A DNA stretch of 64,000 nt from a virus (Duplodnaviria; Caudoviricetes). Below the pieces are notes generated by a model. The model did no database searches. It was not told the origin of the DNA and worked only from the letters and a program-made list of their open reading frames with translations. The stretch lies in IMG/VR virus record IMGVR_UViG_3300032305_003086, positions 32,001 through 96,000 of that record, one strand, 5' to 3'. The translations under genes were made by a program, and so were the position numbers. Of the stretch, positions 30,023 to 40,313 are shown one piece after another (the stretch's first letter is position 1; each line of letters starts with the position of its first letter).

Positions 30023-30558
30023 AAGGTGTCTGTGCTTTATTTAATGGAAAGGCTTTGGCTCTTGTGACAAGAAGCGGCAGTCATGCTTTAATGAATCTTA
30101 TGCTTCCAAAAGATCATGTAAAAAGTCAGCCCGAACATCTGAAAGCACAAAGATGGCACCCTATAATGAATCTTCAGGGTCATGATCTAAGACTAGGTTT
30201 GCCGGAATGTGAAGTTTATTGTATGGTTCGGGACCCTATTGAAAGATTCAAAAGTGCTTGTGCAAGAAGAAATAAGACCGTTGAAGAAGGATTATTAGAG
30301 GATGAAGTTCACTTTTGGAGTATAGAAAGCATGGGGCTTTTAAACGATAGTATTAAATACTTCTTATTTCCAGAACAAATAGATGAATGTGCAGATTGGC
30401 TAGGATTACCAACTCCAGTACCAAGAGTAAACGAAGAAAAAGATGAGAAAAAGCCAGTTTTAACCGAAGAACAGCTTGAATTAGTAACCAAACAGTATTA
30501 TAATGATAATGAACTATATAAAAAATTAAAGGAGAATTATTATGGCAAACAATTTTGA
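30019..30558 (+). CDS. Sulfotransferase family 2-like protein
   Basis: TRSGSHA (5'-PSB-like), VRDPIERFKS (3'-PB) and Y-x-x-D-x-x-LY; start set to ATG 30019 (ATGA overlap). Confidence 0.65.
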   Translation: MKGVCALFNGKALALVTRSGSHALMNLMLPKDHVKSQPEHLKAQRWHPIMNLQGHDLRLGLPECEVYCMVRDPIERFKSACARRNKTVEEGLLEDEVHFWSIESMGLLNDSIKYFLFPEQIDECADWLGLPTPVPRVNEEKDEKKPVLTEEQLELVTKQYYNDNELYKKLKENYYGKQF

Positions 30559-31126
30559 TGGTCAGGTGTTATTAGTCCCTAATTTTATAACAGCAGAAGA
30601 GGTACAAGTTCTTAAAGATTGGGCTAATCAAGCTGTAATTGATGGGCAATTTGTTGATGGAGTTACTGGAAACTGGGACACTAAAGAATTCAGCAGAACT
30701 AAGAAAAGACTCACTAATCGTATGAGTCAAAATATTAATTATCCTGAGCTAGTTAAGACTTTGCAAGACCGAATTCGTCAAAGTATTCCGCTAACAACAG
30801 AAGCTCCGGTTATTGAGAACCATGGCAAAGACGGAGTTGTTGTGAGCGTAACCTATAATGATGGAGACGTTTATAAGCACAAAGATCCAGGTGTGGGCGA
30901 AGGCGTGGTCGGTCTAAGGTGTAATATTCTTGCTAGCAAAGCACAAAGCGGTGGTACGGTTCATGTTGAAGATAAAACCTATGATCTAAACGAAGGAGAT
31001 ATGATGTGTTATTTAGTAACAGAACTTTATCATAGTGTTGATGTTTGTCATGGAGATAATCCACGAACGCTATTTATGTTCGGGTTTGTTGTGGATGAGA
31101 ATAGTTGGAAAGATAGCCTTAAATAA
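30542..31126 (+). CDS. 2OG-Fe(II) oxygenase (prolyl-4-hydroxylase-like)
   Basis: Y-x-x-G-x-x-x-x-HKD...GG...H-x-V-x-x-x-x-G-x-x-x-R facial triad. Confidence 0.8.
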   Translation: MANNFDGQVLLVPNFITAEEVQVLKDWANQAVIDGQFVDGVTGNWDTKEFSRTKKRLTNRMSQNINYPELVKTLQDRIRQSIPLTTEAPVIENHGKDGVVVSVTYNDGDVYKHKDPGVGEGVVGLRCNILASKAQSGGTVHVEDKTYDLNEGDMMCYLVTELYHSVDVCHGDNPRTLFMFGFVVDENSWKDSLK

Positions 31127-31241
31127 TTATGAACTACTTATATGTCAATATATTTAAATAACAAAGACGCATATAAATATTTAAAACCCTTACTCATTTC
31201 TAACAAATTATAAATTTAACCTTTTAATACTATTATATTAT

Positions 31242-31598
31242 ATGGCAAATCCAGATTTAAGCAAAATATCTAGCGTGTATGGAAAAACTAGTGGAGTTTT
31301 GGCAAATGGAATTACCACGGTATTGAGCAATGATTCAAACAGTAACCAAATTTATAAGGTCAACGCATTGGTTGTTGCTGGTGATTCTGCGGATGCTTTG
31401 GGTTGCACAATAGATGTGTTTGATGGTGCAAGTGCAAAAACTTACGCAAAAGATATAGTAGTGCCATCAAAAAGCATAGTAGACTTTATTGTAAATAAGC
31501 CAATTTATATTGAAGAAGGAAAATCATTGAGGATAACGCCTCAAACAAACAATAAACTGAATGTGACAGTAAGTTACGAAATTATCATGTCAAATTAA
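31242..31598 (+). CDS. Small putative virion protein (paralog 1)
   Basis: Near-colinear with the next ORF (DFIVNKP-x-Y-x-EEGKSLR...VSYE). Confidence 0.7.
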   Translation: MANPDLSKISSVYGKTSGVLANGITTVLSNDSNSNQIYKVNALVVAGDSADALGCTIDVFDGASAKTYAKDIVVPSKSIVDFIVNKPIYIEEGKSLRITPQTNNKLNVTVSYEIIMSN

Positions 31599-31606
31599 AG
31601 GAAAAA

Positions 31607-31957
31607 ATGACAGCACCAAATTTAAGAAATATAAGCAATATTGTTGGTAAAACAGCACAGATAACAATTGGTTCAACGCCAACAGTTATTTTAAGTAATT
31701 CAGCAGACAGCAACAAAGTTTTTAAAATAAATACTTTGTTGGTAAATGGTCATTCTGTCAATGCCGTTGACGTAACTGTTGATATTTATGACGGAGCAAC
31801 GTCGAGACCTTACGGAACTACCACTATACCTGCTATTGCTGTGGTAGATTTTATAGTGAATAAGCCACTTTATCTTGAAGAAGGAAAAAGTCTAAGATTA
31901 TTAGGAAGCGTAAACAATTTAACAACTGCAACAGTTAGTTACGAGGAAATCAGCTAA
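31607..31957 (+). CDS. Small putative virion protein (paralog 2)
   Basis: Tandem paralog of 31242..31598. Confidence 0.7.
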   Translation: MTAPNLRNISNIVGKTAQITIGSTPTVILSNSADSNKVFKINTLLVNGHSVNAVDVTVDIYDGATSRPYGTTTIPAIAVVDFIVNKPLYLEEGKSLRLLGSVNNLTTATVSYEEIS

Positions 31958-32871
31958 TGCCAGCGGCTAGTGGTTCCAACAGTGAGGCTGGTGGGGTTTG
32001 GCGTCTAGATGATGCTGAAGCTCTGAATAGGGCAGGCAGGTGGCCAATTAATTCTTCTTTATTAAGAAATATAACATATTTGGTAGTCGGAGGAGGAGGC
32101 GGTGGTGGAGGAAGTGGTTCGAACGGCGGTGGTGGAGGTGGTGGTGGTGGTTTTATCACAGGAAGCTTTGAAAAGTCACCAGGAGTAATACTATCAATCT
32201 CTATAGGAACAGGAGGTGGTGGGTCTGCTAGTAGTGGATATGGGGCCAACGGAATCAACTCTTCTTTAGATAATATCACAGCAATTGGTGGGGGTGGAGG
32301 GGGTACTTATCTAACAAGTGGTTTAAACGGTAGTAGTGGCGGTGGAGGAGGAAGAGACGGTTCCGGAGGAGGATCTGGTATCTCAGGTCAAGGCTTCTCA
32401 GGAGAAGGCACTGATGCTAGCGGTTGGCGTTCTGGTGGGGGCGGAGGCGGCGCTGGCGGGTCAGGTCTAAGAGGATCTTATGATCAAATAAACTACTCTG
32501 GCACAGGTTCCCAGGGTGGAATAGGTTCAATTTCTTCAATAACAGGATCTGATCAATATTATGGTGGTGGCGGCGCAGGTTCATGGTGGGTAGGTTCTAC
32601 AAAGCCTCAAGGTGGACTTGGCGGTGGTGGAGGCGGTGGCGGTGGTGGGGGAGGAAACAGCTCAGGAAGTCCTGGAACCCCGAATACTGGCGGTGGAGGT
32701 GGAGGTGGGGTAATAGGAGGAAGTGGCGGAAGTGGCATAATTATTTTAGCATATCAAGGCCTTGCACTATCTAGTATAGGCGCTGGACTAGTATACACTT
32801 TGGATACAACATCAAGAAATGGTTTTAATGTTTACAGATTCACATCAGGTAGTGGGAGTATAACAATATAA
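31957..32871 (+). CDS. Gly-rich domain putative virion protein
   Basis: YLVVGGGGGGG...GGSGIII domain, paralogous to the Gly-rich domain of 24115..28662. Confidence 0.75.
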   Translation: MPAASGSNSEAGGVWRLDDAEALNRAGRWPINSSLLRNITYLVVGGGGGGGGSGSNGGGGGGGGGFITGSFEKSPGVILSISIGTGGGGSASSGYGANGINSSLDNITAIGGGGGGTYLTSGLNGSSGGGGGRDGSGGGSGISGQGFSGEGTDASGWRSGGGGGGAGGSGLRGSYDQINYSGTGSQGGIGSISSITGSDQYYGGGGAGSWWVGSTKPQGGLGGGGGGGGGGGGNSSGSPGTPNTGGGGGGGVIGGSGGSGIIILAYQGLALSSIGAGLVYTLDTTSRNGFNVYRFTSGSGSITI

Positions 32872-33701
32872 TGTCAAATGGAATCTGGACAATCCGAGAT
32901 GCGGAAAGATTAATTAGAGATAACCTTTGGCCGAGTATTCCCAAAGCTCCTTCCAATGTTGTTTTAGCTTCTAAAGTTGGTAAAATTTCAATTTCTTGGG
33001 TTATAAACAATGGAGCGAGTCCTGTAACCAACCACATAATAGAGTATACTGCGGCTGGGGGTTCTGCTCAAACAATATTGACCAACAATTCAAGCAACTC
33101 ATATGATTTACAAGGATTGACCAACGGAACCACATACTCCATTAGAGTTGCTACTATAAATGAAATTGGCACCGGACCTTGGAGTTCGTATAACACAGAA
33201 AGTCCAAGAGTAGGAATTCAGGGACATTTATATGGCAAATTCAAAAGGGGTGAACGTCCAAGTGATGCTCAAATGTTATCTGGGGATGTTTTACCAACAC
33301 CTCTTTCTTCTCCATCGCTTTACTCAAGCATAAATTACGGGGAAAATGATGATAATTACGGATTTATAGCGATTGGTTACTTTGTTCCTCCAACAACCGG
33401 AACGTACACTTTTTATACAAGTAGTGACGACGGAAGTGCAGTATGGATCGGGAGTATAGCAGAAGCCAGCACAGGAAGATCATCCAACAACATGGTTGTA
33501 AACAACAATGTTACGGGATATCAGGGAGATACAGAAAGAAGTGGCTCTATTAATTTGAATGCTGGGCAAGTCTATGCCATAAGGATAATTCATAGAGAAG
33601 GCGACGGGGGTGATAATTTGACGTTTAGTTGGGCCGGTCCTGGCATAGGTAAGACAATCAGTTTATCAACATATTTTTATGCGAATAATTTCAACTCTTG
33701 A
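32871..33701 (+). CDS. Fibronectin type III plus PA14 domain protein
   Basis: AP...W...GLTNGTTYSIRVATIN-x-x-G-x-GPWS (FN3); GYFVPPTTGTYTFYTSSDDGS (PA14). Confidence 0.85.
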   Translation: MSNGIWTIRDAERLIRDNLWPSIPKAPSNVVLASKVGKISISWVINNGASPVTNHIIEYTAAGGSAQTILTNNSSNSYDLQGLTNGTTYSIRVATINEIGTGPWSSYNTESPRVGIQGHLYGKFKRGERPSDAQMLSGDVLPTPLSSPSLYSSINYGENDDNYGFIAIGYFVPPTTGTYTFYTSSDDGSAVWIGSIAEASTGRSSNNMVVNNNVTGYQGDTERSGSINLNAGQVYAIRIIHREGDGGDNLTFSWAGPGIGKTISLSTYFYANNFNS

Positions 33702-33715
33702 TAAAAGGAAATAAA

Positions 33716-33985
33716 ATGGCAGCACCATCATCACCAAACAGCGAAGCAAAAGGAAGATGGACGCTCAGATTTGCTGAGCGACAAAGAAGATGTAACCGAT
33801 GGCCTGTCGGAATAAATAATAATATTAATATAGGATCAGCTTGGTTAAACTATACTAAAAATATACCATTAAGCACAATTTATCTTGGAGCTTCTTGGTT
33901 AGACTATATGATAGTTAATGACTTACCGATCAGAAGATTTGGAATAGGATCAATATATTTAAATTACACTGTAGAACAAATATGA
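33716..33985 (+). CDS. Small putative virion protein
   Basis: ATG after an AAAGGA SD; shares the NSEA-x-G-x-W...AE...RWP N-terminal motif with 31957. Confidence 0.6.
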   Translation: MAAPSSPNSEAKGRWTLRFAERQRRCNRWPVGINNNINIGSAWLNYTKNIPLSTIYLGASWLDYMIVNDLPIRRFGIGSIYLNYTVEQI

Positions 33986-33991
33986 GGATTT

Positions 33992-35350
33992 ATGAGTTTA
34001 CTTAGACTAGAAGGTTTTGAAAAATATAGTAGTTTAAATGATATTAAAAATTATTTAAATTATGAAACATACCAAGTTCCGACAATAATAAGTGCAAGCG
34101 ATGGAATAGTAACTCCCAGAAACAGCTTGAGTTCTTTAAAGTTGTTAAGTACAATAGGTTCGGGGAGTTATGGATATCCTGTTTATTATCCTAAATTTGG
34201 AATTAAAAATTTAACAAACCATACAAATGGAATAGTTGGTTTTGCATATTACGCTTACGCTCCTAGCGGAGGGAGTTATTCACCAACAACACCTATAGCG
34301 GCAATATGTGACCCAACAGGTAAACCTCACTTTTTCATATGCATAAACGGAAGTATGCAAGTGGAAATAAGAAGATGGAATTCCGGTGCTAGTTTAGGGT
34401 CAAGCAACACTATTACAGGAGCGACTTACACATGGAATGCAGATTTGACAGGAACTTCTATTGCATACGATAATAATTATTGCCTACAAGCAACGGGATA
34501 CAATCATCATCTTTCGACACCGACAACAGTTGGACAAAGTTGTCTAACAAAAAACGTTAGCTACTGGTCTATGGGCATTAACACAACGGCTTTACCAGTA
34601 ATTTTTACAGTATCCGGGGCGAATGTTCTTGAAATTAATGCTTGGAACTATATCGAAGTAGAATATAATGTAAGCTCTACTGCAACAGGTGGCTTTAATA
34701 TTAGAATTAACAGAAATTCTAATAGCAACGTTATAGATGGAACGGTTTCAAATTTACAAACCACCACTCAACCAACTAATAATGTTGGACAAGTAGCATT
34801 CGGGGCTTTTTGGGCACACAATACGGCAGGCAATGCTTTTGGATCAACAACCAACACTGCTGGATGGCCTTCATATTTTGATGATATATACATACTTAAC
34901 AAAGATGCGATTGCTCCTAATGACTTCTTAGGTAGCATCAGTTGCAGAAAAGGTGATTTCGATACTCAAGTAAGCAATACAGCAGCCGAAGGAAATTTAG
35001 CAAGTATAAATGATGCCGTTTTCTCCGGGGTTGCCAACTTATCTAATAAAATAAAACTAAGTTTAGCAACTCAACAAATAACTGTAAAGGCTGCGGGACT
35101 AGCGGTAACCGACACGGATGTAATTCGTCTGGTGCAGCCGGTTGTTTATGGATACAATACCATTGTAGGAGTCCCTTTAAATTTTAAATCAATACTTAGT
35201 GGAACTGAGTCAGTAAATAACGAGATGTTTTTAAGTAATGATAGTATAACAGGTGGTGGCACGTTTGGTCCTGTGCTAACCACAGACCCTAGTGGCAACA
35301 ATTGGACAGCAACAAACTTGAAGAACACAGATTTTAGATTTGGAGCATAA
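33992..35350 (+). CDS. Putative virion protein, beta-sandwich/lectin-like
   Basis: L-x-x-EGFE N-terminus, WNYIEV, YFDDIY and DPSG-x-x-WT motifs; structural gene context. Confidence 0.55.
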   Translation: MSLLRLEGFEKYSSLNDIKNYLNYETYQVPTIISASDGIVTPRNSLSSLKLLSTIGSGSYGYPVYYPKFGIKNLTNHTNGIVGFAYYAYAPSGGSYSPTTPIAAICDPTGKPHFFICINGSMQVEIRRWNSGASLGSSNTITGATYTWNADLTGTSIAYDNNYCLQATGYNHHLSTPTTVGQSCLTKNVSYWSMGINTTALPVIFTVSGANVLEINAWNYIEVEYNVSSTATGGFNIRINRNSNSNVIDGTVSNLQTTTQPTNNVGQVAFGAFWAHNTAGNAFGSTTNTAGWPSYFDDIYILNKDAIAPNDFLGSISCRKGDFDTQVSNTAAEGNLASINDAVFSGVANLSNKIKLSLATQQITVKAAGLAVTDTDVIRLVQPVVYGYNTIVGVPLNFKSILSGTESVNNEMFLSNDSITGGGTFGPVLTTDPSGNNWTATNLKNTDFRFGA

Positions 35351-35351
35351 C

Positions 35352-36092
35352 ATGATATATTTTATTTTAGGTCTTGATGGTCCTCACATTAATGTCGTTT
35401 CTCACATTTTAAAAAAGTGTGGACTAAATTTTAATGATAATAATGAAGAAACAAATTTAAAAGATTATACAAAAAACACTGTTTTGGAACCCTATAGAAG
35501 ACATTTAAACGAAAATCAAAGTGAGTTAGATCAAAATTATATAAATGAACTTTATGGATTTATAAGAAATGAATTAGAATTAAATCAAATGACTCTAGCG
35601 ACCAAAGAGTTCAGAGATTATATTTGTATTCAATACTTACTGCAATCTCCTGCGTTTGGTAAAATAATATATGTTGATTATAAATACGAAGATATCAATG
35701 AAGAATTTCTAAATTCTGTTGATGAGTCAAGATACAAGAAAAACTTGCCACAAGTAGAATCATTTTTAGAGCTTGCAAAACAATCGCACTGGGTTGCTTT
35801 GACGATTGATTATAAGTTATTTATCAATGACCCAGTCTATAGAAAAGAAATTTTACTTCAAATCGTAGAATCTGAGTCTGATATTGATAGTGTTTTAGAA
35901 ACTCTTTATTCCATAAAGACAACACAAGATCCTGATGATATCGAAGATACTCAATTTAACTATCTTGTTTCTCAGTATAATGATGATTTTGCATCGACCT
36001 TGCTTTCAAATATTATAGAGGAAATTCCTCCTCAAGACATATCAACACAAGAACTAAAAAGTTATGTTGAAAATCAAAATTCAAAAACTTGA
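35352..36092 (+). CDS. Hypothetical protein, possibly degenerate sulfotransferase-like
   Basis: ORF track (start set to ATG 35352); IYFILG...L-x-x-CG and IDY-x-x-F-x-x-DP pattern. Confidence 0.45.
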   Translation: MIYFILGLDGPHINVVSHILKKCGLNFNDNNEETNLKDYTKNTVLEPYRRHLNENQSELDQNYINELYGFIRNELELNQMTLATKEFRDYICIQYLLQSPAFGKIIYVDYKYEDINEEFLNSVDESRYKKNLPQVESFLELAKQSHWVALTIDYKLFINDPVYRKEILLQIVESESDIDSVLETLYSIKTTQDPDDIEDTQFNYLVSQYNDDFASTLLSNIIEEIPPQDISTQELKSYVENQNSKT

Positions 36093-36864
36093 GTATCATC
36101 TTACTAACTCTTGCAATCTTTCTTGTAGCGGATGTAGTCATTATTCTAATTTAATAAAAGGCAACACCCAAAACACAGAAGACTTTTTTGAAAATTTAAA
36201 TTCTTGGTCAAAGTATTTAGAGATCGATAGGTTTAACTTTCTTGGTGGAGAGCCGTTTATAAACAAAAAAATTCTTCAATTTTGTGACATAGCTAGAGAA
36301 CTTCTTAAAGATTCTGAAATTTCAATTTTTACAAATGGACTACTTCTAGAAAAAATAAATGCAAAAGAATATGCAGAAAACTTCAGAAGAAATAAGATAC
36401 AGATACAAATGACCTATCATAGTTTTGATAAAGAATATAAAGAAAAAATAAAATATAATATAGGCATATTAAAAGCATGGTCTGAAGAATATGGCATAAA
36501 AGTTACTTATAAGGATGGAGTAAACAACTGGACAAAGCGATATATTCAAAATCAAGATGGAACCATATCGCCTTTTAACGACAATAATCCTTCGAAAAGT
36601 TGGGACATATGCTCATGTAAATATGCAACAACCATGGTGGCTGATCGGATATACAAATGTGCTCCGATAGCTTATTTATCCTATGTCAAGGATGTGGGTA
36701 AACTATCGCCTGATTTTGATAAGTACCTAGATAGTTATGAACCGATATCACACAAAGACTCAGAAGAAAAAATAAAGGCTTTTTTTGATGAAAACTTCAA
36801 GCCTGAGTTTATTTGTGGAATGTGTCCTGCCAAATCAATAAAATTTAAAAACAAGACAATATGA
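36064..36864 (+). CDS. Radical SAM protein
   Basis: CNLSCSGC, LGGEP, TNG; C-terminal Cys cluster (CGMCP). Confidence 0.88.
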   Translation: MLKIKIQKLEYHLTNSCNLSCSGCSHYSNLIKGNTQNTEDFFENLNSWSKYLEIDRFNFLGGEPFINKKILQFCDIARELLKDSEISIFTNGLLLEKINAKEYAENFRRNKIQIQMTYHSFDKEYKEKIKYNIGILKAWSEEYGIKVTYKDGVNNWTKRYIQNQDGTISPFNDNNPSKSWDICSCKYATTMVADRIYKCAPIAYLSYVKDVGKLSPDFDKYLDSYEPISHKDSEEKIKAFFDENFKPEFICGMCPAKSIKFKNKTI

Positions 36865-37673
36865 TTACTTTAGGGCTTGTTGCTAGGGATGAAGGAAAGT
36901 ATCTCCAAGAGTGGATCGCCTATCACCATGTTATTGGCATCAATAAATTTATAGTTTATTTACACAATTGCAAAGACGAATCAGAGCAAAATCTAAGAAG
37001 GCTTAGTATTCCTGTTGATATAAGAAAAAAAGAAAGCGAAGAACTTGGTTGGGATGTTAAGAATGAAATGTATCTTGACATAATACGATCATCAGAAACA
37101 GATTACGTTTGTTGCCTAGACATAGATGAATTTCTACACCTTCCAGGTGGAGGAGATATTAAAGAGTTTTTGTGTAAGTTTAATAATATAGGAGGAATAG
37201 CTCTCTATCAAAATGTTTTTGGTGCAAGTGGACACATCAATTCTCCAGACGGTCTTGTGATAGAAAATTATGTAAAAAGAAACCCTGACGATGTAGATTT
37301 TCCTAAAAAATTTCCTAAATTTGATAAACCTTTTGATATTTTTAAAAATGTAAAAGTAATTATAAATAGATCATCTTTAAAGAAGATAAACAGCAGCCAT
37401 GATTATGTTTGCAACAAACCTATAGTTAATGAAAACAGTAAGGTGTTTCAAAAATACAAGTGCGACAGAAAGCTTTCAAAGATAAGGCTTAATCATTATT
37501 ATACAAAAAGTTTGGAGGACTGGATCTTTAAAACAAGCAGGGAGAGGTTTAGTAAGTCTTTCAAGTATCCAAATTCATGGTTCAAATATTTTAATGATTT
37601 TGACTATGTTGATGAAGAATTAAAAAATAGATACTCGGAAAAAACAAAGGAAGTTTTAAATGCAACTATTTAA
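36861..37673 (+). CDS. GT-A glycosyltransferase (GT2/GT92-like)
   Basis: RDEG-x-YL-x-EWIAYH, DIDEF, HYYTKS. Confidence 0.8.
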   Translation: MITLGLVARDEGKYLQEWIAYHHVIGINKFIVYLHNCKDESEQNLRRLSIPVDIRKKESEELGWDVKNEMYLDIIRSSETDYVCCLDIDEFLHLPGGGDIKEFLCKFNNIGGIALYQNVFGASGHINSPDGLVIENYVKRNPDDVDFPKKFPKFDKPFDIFKNVKVIINRSSLKKINSSHDYVCNKPIVNENSKVFQKYKCDRKLSKIRLNHYYTKSLEDWIFKTSRERFSKSFKYPNSWFKYFNDFDYVDEELKNRYSEKTKEVLNATI

Positions 37674-38436
37674 AATACTAAACTTAGAAACTATTAACAT
37701 ATGCAATAGATCTTGCTTCTTTTGTAAGTTTGGAAATAGAAAGTTTTTGGAAGAAAAGTCTACAATGTCTATTGAAGTTATTGAAAAAATACTAAAAGAA
37801 CTATTAAGCTTAAATTACGAAGGATCAATAAGATTACATCATGTTAATGAGCCTATGATGGATAAAAGAATATATGATATCATCATGTTAATTAAAAAAT
37901 ATTCTAGTTCAATTATCACAGAAATGACCACCAATGGCGACTTGATCAACGAGGTCTCAATTAAAAGGCTTTATGAGTCTGGATTGGATAGGCTCAATAT
38001 TAGTGCTTATGAAGATAAGTCTATGGAAAAGTTTATCTCCCTTCAAAAAAAATGGAATTTTAAAATAAACGATATGCGAGAAGGAGTTGATCTTTATGAT
38101 AAGCTGACTAATCAGGGCGGTTCGATTGATCTTGATGAGAAATTCACAAGCTTAAAGTTAAGAAAAGTTATCAATAATTCATGTCTATTGCCTTTTGAGC
38201 AAATGGTAATAGGAGCAAATGGCGAAGTGGCACTATGCTGCGAAGATATGTACAAAATGCAGAACATTGGAAATGTGAAAGATAAAAGCTTGCATGAAAT
38301 ATGGTTTGGAGAAAAGTTTGAGCACTATAGAAAAAAGCTAAAAGAAAGAAAAAGAAAAGAACTCGATCTATGCTCTAGTTGTATCTTTAGTGGAAAAAGT
38401 AAAAAATATTATCCTGTAGTGCTTGGTCCAATATGA
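37660..38436 (+). CDS. Radical SAM / SPASM(Twitch) protein
   Basis: CNRSCFFC, NEP, TTNGD; C-x-x-P...G-x-V-x-LCC-x-D...GN...W...CSSC. Confidence 0.88.
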   Translation: MQLFKILNLETINICNRSCFFCKFGNRKFLEEKSTMSIEVIEKILKELLSLNYEGSIRLHHVNEPMMDKRIYDIIMLIKKYSSSIITEMTTNGDLINEVSIKRLYESGLDRLNISAYEDKSMEKFISLQKKWNFKINDMREGVDLYDKLTNQGGSIDLDEKFTSLKLRKVINNSCLLPFEQMVIGANGEVALCCEDMYKMQNIGNVKDKSLHEIWFGEKFEHYRKKLKERKRKELDLCSSCIFSGKSKKYYPVVLGPI

Positions 38437-39221
38437 CTGAACTTTTTGAAGTAATAAATATAGAAACTCATAATATCTGCAACAGGAAGTGTTCTTTTTG
38501 CAAATTCGGACAGCCAGAATATAAGATTAGTCCAAATTATCTTTCAATTAATGTAATTAAAAAAATATCAAATGAACTAGAAAGTTTTAACTTTGAAGGA
38601 AGAGTCCACTTCACCGGAATAAATGAGCCTTTAATTGATAAGAGAATATTCGAAATAGTGTCAATTTTTAGCAATATAAAAGCTCAAAAAAGCATTACTA
38701 CAAATGGAGACTATTTAAATAATGAATTTTTATTGAAGCTGAAGGAAGCAGGAGTTACGCACTTAAATATTAGCATTTACTCAGATGATCATCTTGAAAA
38801 GATAAATGAAACTTGTAAAGGGTGGAACTACGGAGTGGTCGATATGCGTCCACATCAACAAAGATTATACCAGATCATTAGTAATAGAGCGGGTTCTTTA
38901 GACTTAACTAAAATGTTTGATAAAGAGATTGTTCAAATAAGAGATAAGTTATCAAAAGACAGAGGGTGTTCTAGACCATTTCAATATATTACCGTCATCC
39001 ATACTGGTGAGGTGATACTGTGTCCTGAGGATATGAGTGCATCATGCATTATGGGAGATTTAAAAAATAACTCTATATTAGAAATATGGAATAATCATAA
39101 ATTTTCTCTTTATAGAGAGACCTTAAAAAAAGAAGGTAGAAAAAATTTGTTTCCTTGTCAAAGCTGTAACTTTAATGGAAAAAAAACTAAAGAAAAAGGC
39201 AAAGAACTGTTTCAATTATGA
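38433..39221 (+). CDS. Radical SAM / SPASM(Twitch) protein, paralog of 37660..38436
   Basis: CNRKCSFC, NEP, TTNGD; CSRP...LCPED...CQSC. Confidence 0.88.
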   Translation: MTELFEVINIETHNICNRKCSFCKFGQPEYKISPNYLSINVIKKISNELESFNFEGRVHFTGINEPLIDKRIFEIVSIFSNIKAQKSITTNGDYLNNEFLLKLKEAGVTHLNISIYSDDHLEKINETCKGWNYGVVDMRPHQQRLYQIISNRAGSLDLTKMFDKEIVQIRDKLSKDRGCSRPFQYITVIHTGEVILCPEDMSASCIMGDLKNNSILEIWNNHKFSLYRETLKKEGRKNLFPCQSCNFNGKKTKEKGKELFQL

Positions 39222-40312
39222 TAATATTTAATGACACTGCTTCTCAATGGAAAGAAATAAGAAAAGATTGTCTTCTAGAAATAGATGAACTTCTGTCCTC
39301 TGAATCTGAATTAATACTGGGTAGCTCTGTCGAGGAATTTGAAAAAAAGTTTGCAAGTTGGAATAAAAACAAATACGGCGTAGGCGTATCTAGCGGCACA
39401 GACGCAATAAAAATAGCTTTAAAAGCTCTTAATTCAAACGGAGTGATAATTCAAGCAAATACTTGGATGTCAACCCTAACAGCAGTAATTGATGCTGGGC
39501 AAAGATTTAGCATAGTTGATTGCGATGAATATCATCAAATGAATATGGTTTTGTTAGAGAAAGAATTGTCAAAAGGACTATTTGACACTGTGGTAGTCGC
39601 TCACATGTTTGGACATTCGTGTGATATGAAGCAAATGATGATATTAAAAGAACGATATAAATTCAAGCTTTTAGAAGATTGCTCTCAATCTTGTGGTACC
39701 CTTTGCTTTGAAGGAAAAAAAACAGGAACTTTTGGGGATGCGGCGGTTTTTTCATTACACCCCAGAAAAAACCTAGGAGCTTGTGGAGATGCAGGGGCAA
39801 TACTTTCAAACAACCCTATAATCTACCAAAAATGTAAACTTTTGCGAAACTTAGGATCTTCTGGCAAAAATAAACACGCTATGTTTGGATGGAACAACAG
39901 GCTAGACTCTATTCAAGCAATCATATTGCTTCATAAGATACCATATATTGAAAAATGGAATTCTAGAAAAATTGAAATATCAAAAACTTATTCAAAAGAA
40001 ATAAAGAACGATAGAATAGAGACTCCAAAGACAGCAGGATATTGTGAACTTAATTCTCATTATGCTTATCCTCTAATTGTAAGGAAAAGAAATGAGTTTT
40101 TAAGGCACATGCAAAGCTGTGGAATATCAACAAGAGTGCAGTATTCTACTTCTATTGAAAAATTAAAATGCTTCGAGTATCTTAAAATCCCAGAAACAAG
40201 CACAATGACCAACTACATTTTTGAACATACCTGTAGCATACCATTACATGCTTTTTTAAAATCAGAAGAAATAAATCACATAATATCTTCAATAAACAAA
40301 TTTAATAATTAA
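39218..40312 (+). CDS. DegT/DnrJ/EryC1/StrS PLP-dependent sugar aminotransferase
   Basis: SSGTDA, EDCSQ, FSLHPRKNLGACGDAG (PLP lysine), NNRLDSIQA. Confidence 0.92.
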   Translation: MIIFNDTASQWKEIRKDCLLEIDELLSSESELILGSSVEEFEKKFASWNKNKYGVGVSSGTDAIKIALKALNSNGVIIQANTWMSTLTAVIDAGQRFSIVDCDEYHQMNMVLLEKELSKGLFDTVVVAHMFGHSCDMKQMMILKERYKFKLLEDCSQSCGTLCFEGKKTGTFGDAAVFSLHPRKNLGACGDAGAILSNNPIIYQKCKLLRNLGSSGKNKHAMFGWNNRLDSIQAIILLHKIPYIEKWNSRKIEISKTYSKEIKNDRIETPKTAGYCELNSHYAYPLIVRKRNEFLRHMQSCGISTRVQYSTSIEKLKCFEYLKIPETSTMTNYIFEHTCSIPLHAFLKSEEINHIISSINKFNN

Positions 40313-40313
40313 A

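Noticed and set aside
24115-33701. Diversity-generating retroelement target/template repeats among the paralogous lectin and Gly-rich domains
   Set aside because: The paralogs differ at all base types rather than only adenines, and no reverse transcriptase is in the window.
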